This document shows, in pieces, positions 30,694 to 39,312 of a stretch of DNA of 64,000 nucleotides. Source of the DNA: Candidatus Caenarcanales bacterium (GTDB lineage Bacteria; Cyanobacteriota; Vampirovibrionia; LMEP-6097); assembly GCA_013216135.1 (NCBI GenBank), contig JABSOS010000005.1, positions 140,682 to 204,681 on the forward strand, written 5' to 3'. Made by a program: the position numbers and the translations under genes. Below the pieces are notes generated by a model, which saw only the letters and a list, made by a program, of their open reading frames with translations, ran no database searches and was not told where the DNA came from. Numbering within the stretch: position 1 is the stretch's first letter; every line of letters begins with the position of its first letter.

Positions 30694-30888
30694 ATGACAG
30701 ATAATAATCAATTTGATGAAATGTCGCCAATATCAACAGGTTTACCACCTGGAGTAAAGCCTCATGGAGCGCAACCTACGAATGAATATAAAGTTGGACA
30801 TAACAAACCACCTTTATTTTTAATCGTTATGTATATATTAGTAATAATCTGGTGTGCGATTAGTTGGATACCTTTTTATGGATATTAA
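30694..30888 (+). CDS. Small single-TM protein resembling the CcoP N-terminal anchor
   Basis: NEYKVGHNKPPLFLIVMYILVIIW resembles FixP_N; SD AGGAGA. Confidence 0.65.
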   Translation: MTDNNQFDEMSPISTGLPPGVKPHGAQPTNEYKVGHNKPPLFLIVMYILVIIWCAISWIPFYGY

Positions 30889-30907
30889 TACGGAGAAATT
30901 TAAATCA

Positions 30908-31693
30908 ATGAAGCAAATCATAAAGCTTATAATTCTAATCTCATTTTTCACAGTTTCTTTAAGCGCTGTTAAAGCTGCTGAATCTTATGAAAAAGAAGTA
31001 TTAGGTAGTAGTTTAGTAATGCCTTGGGAGCCTAAGCTTGCACTAAACGAATTCCCATCTCATGATCCATCTATTGAAAACGGTAAGTGGGTATATAAAC
31101 AGAATTGTGCGCAGTGTCATGGGGACCATCCTAAAGATGGGTTCTTATCTAAAAAAATGATGAGAGCAAGATCACCTGAAGAGCAATATGAAGTTATTAA
31201 AAATGGTAATGCTAAGGGTATGCCTGGCTTTAAAGACAAACTTAGTCGTGATGAAATGTGGGATGCTCTAATGTACACTAGAGCTGAGATTCTTGGCTAT
31301 TATAAATTAAATTCTGATGAGCTTGCAAAGATGAGTTCTATCTTCGGCGGTAACTGTGCAGTATGTCACGGTACTAGAGGACATGGTGATGGTAACTTAC
31401 ATAAAGCATTAAAACCAATGCCTGCTAACTTCAATATGTTTGAAAGACTTTATACTAGAACAGATAATAAGTTACATAAAGAGTTAACTCATGGTATTCC
31501 ATGGACTGCTATGCCTGCATGGAAGAACAGAATTGACTTTGACCAAGGCTATAAGTTTGATGAAGAAATGATCTGGAAGTTAGTAAGATACGTTCGTCAA
31601 TTTGGTTTTTCTCAAGAGCTTGACAGACTTGATCTAGGAAGAAAGAATTTAGAAGAATATAAGAAGTCTTTAGAGACTGAAAATAAAGGGTAA
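30908..31693 (+). CDS. Exported diheme c-type cytochrome (CcoP-like role)
   Basis: Signal peptide ending VKA-A; CAQCH and CAVCH, each with a distal MP. Confidence 0.88.
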   Translation: MKQIIKLIILISFFTVSLSAVKAAESYEKEVLGSSLVMPWEPKLALNEFPSHDPSIENGKWVYKQNCAQCHGDHPKDGFLSKKMMRARSPEEQYEVIKNGNAKGMPGFKDKLSRDEMWDALMYTRAEILGYYKLNSDELAKMSSIFGGNCAVCHGTRGHGDGNLHKALKPMPANFNMFERLYTRTDNKLHKELTHGIPWTAMPAWKNRIDFDQGYKFDEEMIWKLVRYVRQFGFSQELDRLDLGRKNLEEYKKSLETENKG

Positions 31694-31728
31694 ATTATTT
31701 AAGGATAAATTTTTAAGGAATTTTAGAG

Positions 31729-32346
31729 ATGAGCATGAAATTTGAAAAAAGAGATTTAATAAAGGTTATACTTTCAGTTCCTATTTTAGGTACTATAGCT
31801 GCTGCGCTTTTATCTCCATTTGTTAGATATTTAAAGCCAAGTTCTGGTCCTTTAGCGACTTTAGAGATCTTTAAGACGCCAGATAAACCACAACCAGTGA
31901 AGGTTATTAAATTTGATGTTAATGACTTCCCTGAGCCATGGTCTTTCAAGTACTTCATGTTCCAAGAAACTAACCGTGAGTATACTTCTATCAGTGAACA
32001 GATTAAAACTATTCCTGGAGCGGCTGTCCGTTTACCTGCTGATGAAGCTGATGGTAGCCCTAAGTTCGTAGTTTTCAGTAGAGTTTGCCCACATTTAGGT
32101 TGTGTATTTAACTTCGTTCCTAATGAAGCTGAAGTTGCAGCGGGTTATAACTACACTCCTAACCCAGGTCAAAAAGTTTTTGCTTGTCCTTGTCACCTTT
32201 CAGTATACGATCCTATGCTTGAAGATACTAAAGGTAGAGGTAAAGTAGTTTCAGGTCCTGCACCTCGTTCTCCATTTAAGTTTAACTTTAATGTTAAGGA
32301 CGGTATGCTTGCTATTGAGAGTCTTGAGTCTGGAGGTATTTCATAA
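31729..32346 (+). CDS. petC: Rieske [2Fe-2S] protein
   Basis: CPHLGC and CPCH boxes, SGPAPR, TAT-like N-terminal anchor. Confidence 0.93.
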   Translation: MSMKFEKRDLIKVILSVPILGTIAAALLSPFVRYLKPSSGPLATLEIFKTPDKPQPVKVIKFDVNDFPEPWSFKYFMFQETNREYTSISEQIKTIPGAAVRLPADEADGSPKFVVFSRVCPHLGCVFNFVPNEAEVAAGYNYTPNPGQKVFACPCHLSVYDPMLEDTKGRGKVVSGPAPRSPFKFNFNVKDGMLAIESLESGGIS

Positions 32347-32348
32347 TT

Positions 32349-33848
32349 ATGTCAGTAACTGGTATCGGTTCAAATATTGCACAATATATTCCTTCATTAG
32401 ATACTGTTAAGAAGTTCTTTCTTGATAGGTTTAAGAATATTGATTTCTTTGATGAGACTTATGTTGATAAGCAAAGAGAAAACGTTTGGTATAAATTAGG
32501 TCCACTTCAGTGGCTTACTTGGATGGTAACTGTTGCTACAGGTGCTCTTTTAGTTGGTTTTTATATTCCTACTGCAGAGCAGGCTTACGATAGTATTATC
32601 AGAATCCAAGAGCATGTTCCTTTCGGAGCGCTTATTAGAGGTATGCATAAATATGGTGCAGACGCTTTCATTATCGTAGGTACCTTAAAAATGTACAGAA
32701 TGTTCATCTGTGCTGACTACAAAGGGAACAGAGAGTTTAATTTATGGATCTGTTTCTTCTTAATGTTATTAGGTTTTTATTCAGGTTTATCAGGTTACCT
32801 TTTAATCTGGAACCAGAGAGCTTTCTGGGCGACTAAGGTATTTGCTACTTTCCCTGGTTACATGGATCAATTCGGTATTAATCTTGCTTTCTTAGGTGAG
32901 ACGGTTGTTAACCAACTAATTAAGATGGGAGTTCCTACTAGTTTACCTGCTGTTCCAGTATCTGAAGGTGGTGGAATCCTTCTTGATATGAAGCTTTTAA
33001 ATGAATATATTAACTTCAATATAGGTATGACTACGCAGCAAATCCTTTTAGGTGGTAGTGCTATCGGTCAAGCAACTATTACTAGATTCTATTCTATGCA
33101 CATGGCGCTTTCTACTATTGGTTTAATAGTAGTTGAGCTTTATTTCTACAGCAACAAGAAGAAAAGATTCAATGTACCTTGGAGTGAAGGTTTATTAGTA
33201 ATCTTAATGATTGCTGCAGCTGCAACTATATTCCCAGCTGAGATGGGAGCTAGAGCTAATCCTTCAGTAACTCCATTACCGATTTTATCTGACTGGTATT
33301 TCTTAGCACTTTACCAAATGTACAAGTACATTGAGCCAGTATTAGCGACATTCGTTACTGTTTTAATTCCTGCAACAGTTTTATCATTGCCTTTCTTTGA
33401 TACTGGTAAGGAAACTGCAATCACGAAAAGACCACTTATCATGGCTATTTCGATTATGGGATTAATTAACTTTATCGTTTTCTCAGTATTGATTATTCTT
33501 AACATTGCGAATATTAATACTGATCCTCCATACTGGATTGCTGGTAGTACAGGTATAGTAGCTATAGGTGTATATTTCTCTTGTAAGATGAGAGGATTTA
33601 ATTACTGGAAGCTTACTTCTATGTTCTTCTTGTTCCTATTCCTTTACTTATCAAGAATCCATACAGTTCCATACTTTGGATTACCTTTAGAAGGTGCTTT
33701 AGATGGTACATTCTTGGCTGATGGTTCATGGGGACGTCTATGGATTTTCTACGGTGGTTCATTCTTAGCATTAGTAGCGACTTGGTACTATGAGAAGTTC
33801 ATCGAAACTCCAATGTTGCTAGCTAAAAAAGAAGGAGCTGCTGCTTAG
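32349..33848 (+). CDS. petB: Cytochrome b-like subunit 1 (b6 + subunit IV-like in one chain); lacks both heme bH His ligands
   Basis: YIPTAEQAYDSI, RGMHKYGAD, WNQRAFWA, RFYSMH, SDWYFLALY. Confidence 0.85.
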   Translation: MSVTGIGSNIAQYIPSLDTVKKFFLDRFKNIDFFDETYVDKQRENVWYKLGPLQWLTWMVTVATGALLVGFYIPTAEQAYDSIIRIQEHVPFGALIRGMHKYGADAFIIVGTLKMYRMFICADYKGNREFNLWICFFLMLLGFYSGLSGYLLIWNQRAFWATKVFATFPGYMDQFGINLAFLGETVVNQLIKMGVPTSLPAVPVSEGGGILLDMKLLNEYINFNIGMTTQQILLGGSAIGQATITRFYSMHMALSTIGLIVVELYFYSNKKKRFNVPWSEGLLVILMIAAAATIFPAEMGARANPSVTPLPILSDWYFLALYQMYKYIEPVLATFVTVLIPATVLSLPFFDTGKETAITKRPLIMAISIMGLINFIVFSVLIILNIANINTDPPYWIAGSTGIVAIGVYFSCKMRGFNYWKLTSMFFLFLFLYLSRIHTVPYFGLPLEGALDGTFLADGSWGRLWIFYGGSFLALVATWYYEKFIETPMLLAKKEGAAA

Positions 33849-34150
33849 TGAGTAAAGATATTACTAAAGCTAAACCTATATCTTTTACATACTGGTTTGT
33901 TTTTCTAGTATCTGTTATCTCTTTGTCTCAGTTCTTTAGTACAGATGAGCTTTATGCTGCTGGTGAAAACTACAAAGCTACTTTAGTTTTAATAGTAAGT
34001 TCTATAGTTTTTGCTTCTACAGTACTTTACATGACTTATAAAATTTATTCTGAAGAAAAGGACAAAGATAATTTAAGAACTACGTTTGCTCCTTACGAAA
34101 AAATATATAAGTTTTTCGAGAAGAGAAAAAAGGATTTAAATAATGGCTGA
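33848..34150 (+). CDS. Small 2-TM operon protein
   Basis: Overlaps flanking operon genes; two hydrophobic helices. Confidence 0.75.
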   Translation: MSKDITKAKPISFTYWFVFLVSVISLSQFFSTDELYAAGENYKATLVLIVSSIVFASTVLYMTYKIYSEEKDKDNLRTTFAPYEKIYKFFEKRKKDLNNG

Positions 34151-34493
34151 AAATAAAGAATCTCAGGGATTAATAAGTGTTGAGTTAGCGATTATAATCG
34201 CTCTTGTAAACCTTGCCTTCTTCGGTGGAATGTTTACATTGATGCACTATTTTGAATTATTAGGTGCTGACCCAGCTTATTTTGATGAGGGAACATTTAA
34301 TAACCTAAAAATGATTAATACTGTTTTAGGTAGTTTAGGTTTAGAAATAGATCCTGTAGCTCAGAAGAAGATTTCGACTTTAGGTTATTCTATTTGCTTA
34401 GGTTTAGCTTTAGTAAGCTCTTTCTTTGCAATAGTTATTGCTAACAGAAAACCTCTTGAGAACTACGAAATAACACAGGCTAAAAAGAAATAA
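34143..34493 (+). CDS. Small 2-TM operon protein
   Basis: Overlaps the previous gene; two hydrophobic helices. Confidence 0.75.
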   Translation: MAENKESQGLISVELAIIIALVNLAFFGGMFTLMHYFELLGADPAYFDEGTFNNLKMINTVLGSLGLEIDPVAQKKISTLGYSICLGLALVSSFFAIVIANRKPLENYEITQAKKK

Positions 34494-34502
34494 GGAAATT
34501 TT

Positions 34503-35633
34503 ATGTTAACTAATATCGTTCGCGGCGGACAAAAAGTAATATTAAGACTTGAAGATATACTTAACAAGATATTTTCATCAGAGCAAAACATACTTTATTA
34601 CCATGGAGCAATGCCAAATTTCTTCATGTGGATGCTCTTCTTATCGGGTTTATTGTTATTTGCATATTACACACCTACATTAGAGGCGGCTTACCAGTCA
34701 GTTGAGTATATAACGAAGAAGCTTCCTTATGGTGATGTAATCAGAGGGATTCACAGATACGCTGCTGATGCGATGTATTTAACAGTAATTCTTCACGCTA
34801 TCAGAGTTTATTTCACAGATAGATATAGAGAGTATAGAATCATTGCTTGGTATTCAGGTATCGCTTTATCTATATTCATGTTAGTGATCGGTATCTCTGG
34901 ATATATTTTAGTTTGGGATCAAAGATCTTTAACTATAGTTAACAAGTTCGCTGAGTTTTTAGCTGCTTTACCTTTCATCGGTGAAACACTTTCTCACGGC
35001 TTTATTAATGGTGATGTAATTTCTAATTACACTATGAGCATGTCGTTCTTCTTACATACTGGAACTTCATTTGCACTATTGATTCTTTTATGGGTTCACT
35101 ATATGAGAATCTCTAGACCAGTTGTAAACGTAACTTGGGCTATCGGATCTTTACTTGCTGGTATGGTTTTAGTTGTAGCTGGAGCTTTACCTGCGCTTTC
35201 AGGTGAGGAAGCTAATTTTAATGCAATGTTACCTTCTATTCCACTTGAGCAAGTTGATTGGTTCTATCTATGGTTGTTCCCACTTATTGATACTGTTGGA
35301 AACTATGGAGCATGGGCTGCTTTAATTTTAGGTTTAGTAGTTGTAACTCTATTACCTAACTTTGTTAAGTCTGAAGATAGTGAGCCAGCATCTGTAAACA
35401 AAGATTCATGTGTCGGTTGTAGACTATGTTCTATTGATTGTCCTTATGAAGCTATTTACATGGCACCGAGAAATGATGGTAGTAAGTATAAAGAGCTTGC
35501 TGTCGTTATTAATGATCGTTGTGCTGAGTGTGGCTTATGTGTAGGAGCTTGTAACTTTGATGCAATCGAACTTCCTACTTATAGATCAACTGAAGTGATG
35601 GATGATATAAGAATCGCATTGCTACAGGATTAG
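34503..35633 (+). CDS. Cytochrome b-like subunit 2 fused to a C-terminal 2x[4Fe-4S] ferredoxin
   Basis: RGIH-x13-H and LH-x13-H (four His ligands); CVGCRLCSIDCP and CAECGLCVGAC. Confidence 0.9.
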   Translation: MLTNIVRGGQKVILRLEDILNKIFSSEQNILYYHGAMPNFFMWMLFLSGLLLFAYYTPTLEAAYQSVEYITKKLPYGDVIRGIHRYAADAMYLTVILHAIRVYFTDRYREYRIIAWYSGIALSIFMLVIGISGYILVWDQRSLTIVNKFAEFLAALPFIGETLSHGFINGDVISNYTMSMSFFLHTGTSFALLILLWVHYMRISRPVVNVTWAIGSLLAGMVLVVAGALPALSGEEANFNAMLPSIPLEQVDWFYLWLFPLIDTVGNYGAWAALILGLVVVTLLPNFVKSEDSEPASVNKDSCVGCRLCSIDCPYEAIYMAPRNDGSKYKELAVVINDRCAECGLCVGACNFDAIELPTYRSTEVMDDIRIALLQD

Positions 35634-35662
35634 GAGTATAATTTAACTAAGGGATTTTAAAT

Positions 35663-36121
35663 ATGGCAGAAGATGTAATAAACGCTGAGGAAACAGAAGA
35701 CAAAAAACCTAAGTCTAAGGATGAGGTAAGAGTCGCTGTTATAGCTTGTGAGAGAAGTGTTAATTTAGAAGGTGAACTTAACCAAACTAAATTAAATGGT
35801 GTTGATAACTGTGATGTTATTCAAGTTCCTTGTAGCGGTATGATTCAGCCAAGAATGATTGAATCTGCTTTTAAAGCTGGTGCAGATGGTGTTATCGCTA
35901 TGGGTTGTCAGATTGGTGACTGCCATTTTAGAGAAGGTAATAAATTCTGTAGAGAAAGATTACTGGGTTTAAGACCTCCTATGATCAAGAAGACTGTTCC
36001 TAAGAATAGACTTCAAGGATACTGGATGTCTGAAGTTCAAGTCGAAGAATTTAAAGCTCGTATTGAAGAATTTAAAATACATGTAGCTGATGAGTTATTA
36101 AATGAGGCTGCTGAAGGATAA
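35663..36121 (+). CDS. mvhD: MvhD/FlpD-like [2Fe-2S] protein (hydrogenase delta-subunit family)
   Basis: IACE, VPCSGMI, GADGVIAMGCQIGDCHFREGN. Confidence 0.88.
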   Translation: MAEDVINAEETEDKKPKSKDEVRVAVIACERSVNLEGELNQTKLNGVDNCDVIQVPCSGMIQPRMIESAFKAGADGVIAMGCQIGDCHFREGNKFCRERLLGLRPPMIKKTVPKNRLQGYWMSEVQVEEFKARIEEFKIHVADELLNEAAEG

Positions 36122-36131
36122 GGAGAGATAA

Positions 36132-36248
36132 ATGGCTGCTGCAAAAAAAGATAATGTACAAGTAACTTTTGAAAACATCATTTTCTATGCTGTTTTCTTC
36201 CTTTGCTTACTTATGATTGCTAGTTTTGGTTTAATTGCTGAAGCTTAA
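36132..36248 (+). CDS. 38-aa single-TM protein ending the respiratory operon
   Basis: Below the ORF-track cutoff; SD AGGAGA; MAAAKKDNVQVTFENIIFYAVFFLCLLMIASFGLIAEA. Confidence 0.7.
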   Translation: MAAAKKDNVQVTFENIIFYAVFFLCLLMIASFGLIAEA

Positions 36249-36410
36249 TCAATCACTGAATTTTTTAATAATTAAATTCATTTGCTTTAGATATATTTGA
36301 CATACTTTGTCTTGTATTTGTTAGTGCCTTTGGGTTATGTAATAATCTTTTAGCTTGTTTTGATTCCTTATGTTTTTTAGCAACCTCTGTAGGTGTCAAC
36401 TTCGAGTGAT

Positions 36411-36911
36411 CTAAGCAAATATTGCTTCCTTGTTTTTTTTCTCAACTTTTGCTCCTGGTGCGACATAGCCTATGTAGCCTCCGTTTAAATTTTTTGTTAC
36501 TAATGAACCTGGATGGCAAATTTTCACTAGCCCATAATTTCCAACTACATTTCCATAGTTATTGTTTAATACAGAACCTTCTCCCATCTCAGTTATGGTT
36601 CCATAATTATCCTCAACTTCACTATCGTATATATCTACAATTAATTCATTATTCGTTTTAACTGAAGAGTGCCCATTTACTTCATATATATTTTTGTGAT
36701 TGATATCAAGTTTGGATTGACTTAATTTTTTAATAAGTCCTTGGCTTGAATCAATATTGCTTTTATCTAGATTCTCAACATTACCTAAGTTTACTGCAAT
36801 ATTATCATTTGATATTGTATTGTAATTACCTAGAAGCAAATCGCTAGAACCTCATTTGGGTAAATTGGCTTTAGCTTGAGGAGCTTGGGTTATTAATTTT
36901 TTAGCCTGCAT
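36411..36911 (-). pseudogene. Asn/Gly-rich (NYG repeats) hypothetical gene with an in-frame TGA at codon 20
   Basis: ATG 36911 MQAKKLITQAPQAKANLPK*GSSDLLLGNY is in frame with track ORF 36411..36839. Confidence 0.5.
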
Positions 36912-36968
36912 ACCCGCATATTATCTTGCGTTGAATCCTATTCATTCTAAATTCACAATATATTTATT

Positions 36969-36987
36969 TTTAACTAAAGTTTAACCT
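36969..36987 (+). promoter_or_regulatory. Direct-repeat box TTTAACTA-AAG-TTTAACCT
   Basis: Perfect YTTAAYYW-N3-YTTAAYYW, 55 nt before ATG 37042. Confidence 0.55.
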
Positions 36988-37041
36988 ATATATTTTACAT
37001 ATATACAAAGTAGTTTAATTACTACAGGATAAGGAATTACT

Positions 37042-38154
37042 ATGACTACTCAACCAGGTAATACTCCTAATATTTCTCTTGGAAATTTAGATCTTGCTCA
37101 ATCTTTTGGGATAACTAAAAAGGATTCTTCTTACGAATTCTTAAATTATGTTAGCGAGTATTTAGGCACGCTGAATAAGCAGCATAATCCACCTCAAACA
37201 CAAGTAAATAGATATACTCATAATACCAAAGCTTATAGTAATACCGAATATGGAAGGCTCGCTGATCAAAGGATTCAGTTGTCTTTAGATAAAGTTGCTT
37301 CGAGTGTCATTGAAGATGCTTTAAAAGAAAAACTTGCTAATCCTAATTTATCTAGTGACAATGCTTTAAAAATTTATCAAGGTTTACAGAGTTCAGGTAA
37401 AATTCCAACTAATGCTTCAAAGGTTTTTGGACAAAAGTTAGATGATTATTCTAATGCAAATATTGCAGCGGTTTTAGAATCTGCAAGTGAAAAAGATATT
37501 AAAGAAGCTTACGGAGAGGATTCTGAGTTAACTAAATTAATTTTGAAAGGTAAAAGTAAATCTTCTGCAGCTAAGCGTTTTAATCATTTAGTGAGTATGG
37601 GAGATGAAATGTTTGATCAGGTTCACAAGCTAGATAAAAATTCTAATTTAGCTAAAAACTTTGTTTTTAAACCTGATGGAGCTGTTTTTATTAAAAGATC
37701 TGATGAATTAAAGATTGATGATGATATGAAGCCTTTCGTGGAAGAGAGAAAAGCTAGCTTAGAGATGTATAAAGATAATTTAAAAGATCTTGTATCTAAA
37801 TTATCTGTTGATGAATTAAATCAAGCTTATAATCGAGGTTCCCAAAGTACCCTTCCTCGTTCTAGACCAAGCACTTCTGATAGTTATTCAAGTTCTAACT
37901 CTTACCCAGCTAATATGCCTGCTATGCACTATGGTAATTCTTATGCCTCAGGTTTATATAGACAAGCTAATAATTGGGTTAAAAATGCATATCAACCTCA
38001 TAATCAACACCTAAGATTAAATTACTCCCAATATAACGATCCTTTAAGGACAAATATTGTTAGTTCAAATTCACTTTTTAATAATGACCCTTATGGACTT
38101 AATACAAATCCATTTGATCGTGATTATAACGCTGGGTGGAACCCAGCTGGCTAG
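37042..38154 (+). CDS. Orphan protein, tandem paralog A
   Basis: 370 aa; SD AAGGA; shares blocks with the next gene. Confidence 0.75.
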   Translation: MTTQPGNTPNISLGNLDLAQSFGITKKDSSYEFLNYVSEYLGTLNKQHNPPQTQVNRYTHNTKAYSNTEYGRLADQRIQLSLDKVASSVIEDALKEKLANPNLSSDNALKIYQGLQSSGKIPTNASKVFGQKLDDYSNANIAAVLESASEKDIKEAYGEDSELTKLILKGKSKSSAAKRFNHLVSMGDEMFDQVHKLDKNSNLAKNFVFKPDGAVFIKRSDELKIDDDMKPFVEERKASLEMYKDNLKDLVSKLSVDELNQAYNRGSQSTLPRSRPSTSDSYSSSNSYPANMPAMHYGNSYASGLYRQANNWVKNAYQPHNQHLRLNYSQYNDPLRTNIVSSNSLFNNDPYGLNTNPFDRDYNAGWNPAG

Positions 38155-38156
38155 AC

Positions 38157-38175
38157 CTTAACCAGGTTTTAATTT
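38157..38175 (+). promoter_or_regulatory. Direct-repeat box CTTAACCA-GGT-TTTAATTT
   Basis: Perfect YTTAAYYW-N3-YTTAAYYW, 56 nt before ATG 38231. Confidence 0.55.
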
Positions 38176-38230
38176 TAATTTATAAAAATATCATAAGAAC
38201 TGTAAATACTGTGTGTTAATTGGAGTAAAA

Positions 38231-39292
38231 ATGACTATTCAACCAGGTGGTATTAATTTTTCTGAAATAGCTAAATCTTTGAATTTAACTGAAGGTTCTA
38301 TGGCTGACCAACTCTGGTCTGCACTTCCTGATATTTTAGGTTCGATAAATCATAAGGAAAATTCTCCAGAGACAAAGGTTAACCCTTATTCTCACCAAAC
38401 AAAAAAATATTCTGGAACTAGTTATGGTAATTTAGCTTATTTAGGTGTTCAAGAATCTAATGAGAAAGTCGCAGGTGTTCGTTTTAAAGATAAACTTTCT
38501 ACAAAGCTAGGCAAAGCTATTTCAGGTGAGCAAGCTATTAATATATATAGTTCTCTAGTTAATTCTGGAAAGATATCTAATGAATACGGTAAAAATATTA
38601 ATACTAAAATAGATGATTATTACAGAACTACTCTAGCCGCTGTGATAGGTTCAGCTTCTGATAAAGAGATAGAAGATTCTTTTTCAAACAACCCTGATTT
38701 AGCTAAAAAGCTTATTGATATTAAGTCTGGTTCAAGCTCAGAAGATATAGTTGAAAAATTTACTAATTTGGATACTGAAACTCTTAGTCAGATACATGAC
38801 TCATTAGAGAAAGGTTCACCACTTGCTAAATATTTTAATTTTAATTCAAATGGAGTCACTGTGCTCTCTAGTGCAGAGCAATTAAAGTCTAAAGGCTTAT
38901 TAAAAGAAGATAATGAATTTACTAAGCATATAGATAATGCAAAAAATGATTTTAATCAATACATGGAATCTGTTTGGCAGAAGATAGATGAAATTCCTAA
39001 TGCTGAACTTGAAACAATTCTCAATTCATCAAGTTCTTCATCTTCACATCCTAATTCTGCTCGAACTGACTCTTTTGTTCCTTCACAGCATGCAAACAAT
39101 CCTTATGCTCAAAGACTTTACTCACAGGCTTATAGAGAAATTGATGCTGTGTCTAATTTAGATTCAAGACAAAGAAGTCTGTATTTAAATGGTCTTTCTG
39201 GAAACCCTTTAGTTAATTCTGGAGATTTGTTTGCTAGTAATCTATACCAGGATATTTCTGGAACTAATCTCGATTATTTATGGGGCGGTTAA
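38231..39292 (+). CDS. Orphan protein, tandem paralog B
   Basis: Start re-called at MTIQPGG after SD GGAG; homologous to paralog A. Confidence 0.75.
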   Translation: MTIQPGGINFSEIAKSLNLTEGSMADQLWSALPDILGSINHKENSPETKVNPYSHQTKKYSGTSYGNLAYLGVQESNEKVAGVRFKDKLSTKLGKAISGEQAINIYSSLVNSGKISNEYGKNINTKIDDYYRTTLAAVIGSASDKEIEDSFSNNPDLAKKLIDIKSGSSSEDIVEKFTNLDTETLSQIHDSLEKGSPLAKYFNFNSNGVTVLSSAEQLKSKGLLKEDNEFTKHIDNAKNDFNQYMESVWQKIDEIPNAELETILNSSSSSSSHPNSARTDSFVPSQHANNPYAQRLYSQAYREIDAVSNLDSRQRSLYLNGLSGNPLVNSGDLFASNLYQDISGTNLDYLWGG

Positions 39293-39312
39293 TTCCTGCT
39301 AAAATCATATAG

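Noticed and set aside
31729-33848. Photosynthetic cytochrome b6f
   Set aside because: No cytochrome f, no heme-ci Cys, no separate subunit IV; the context is a cbb3 oxidase.
35663-36121. Evidence for a hydrogenase or methanogenesis pathway
   Set aside because: Only the MvhD-like subunit is present; no NiFe large or small subunit and no Hdr genes in the window.
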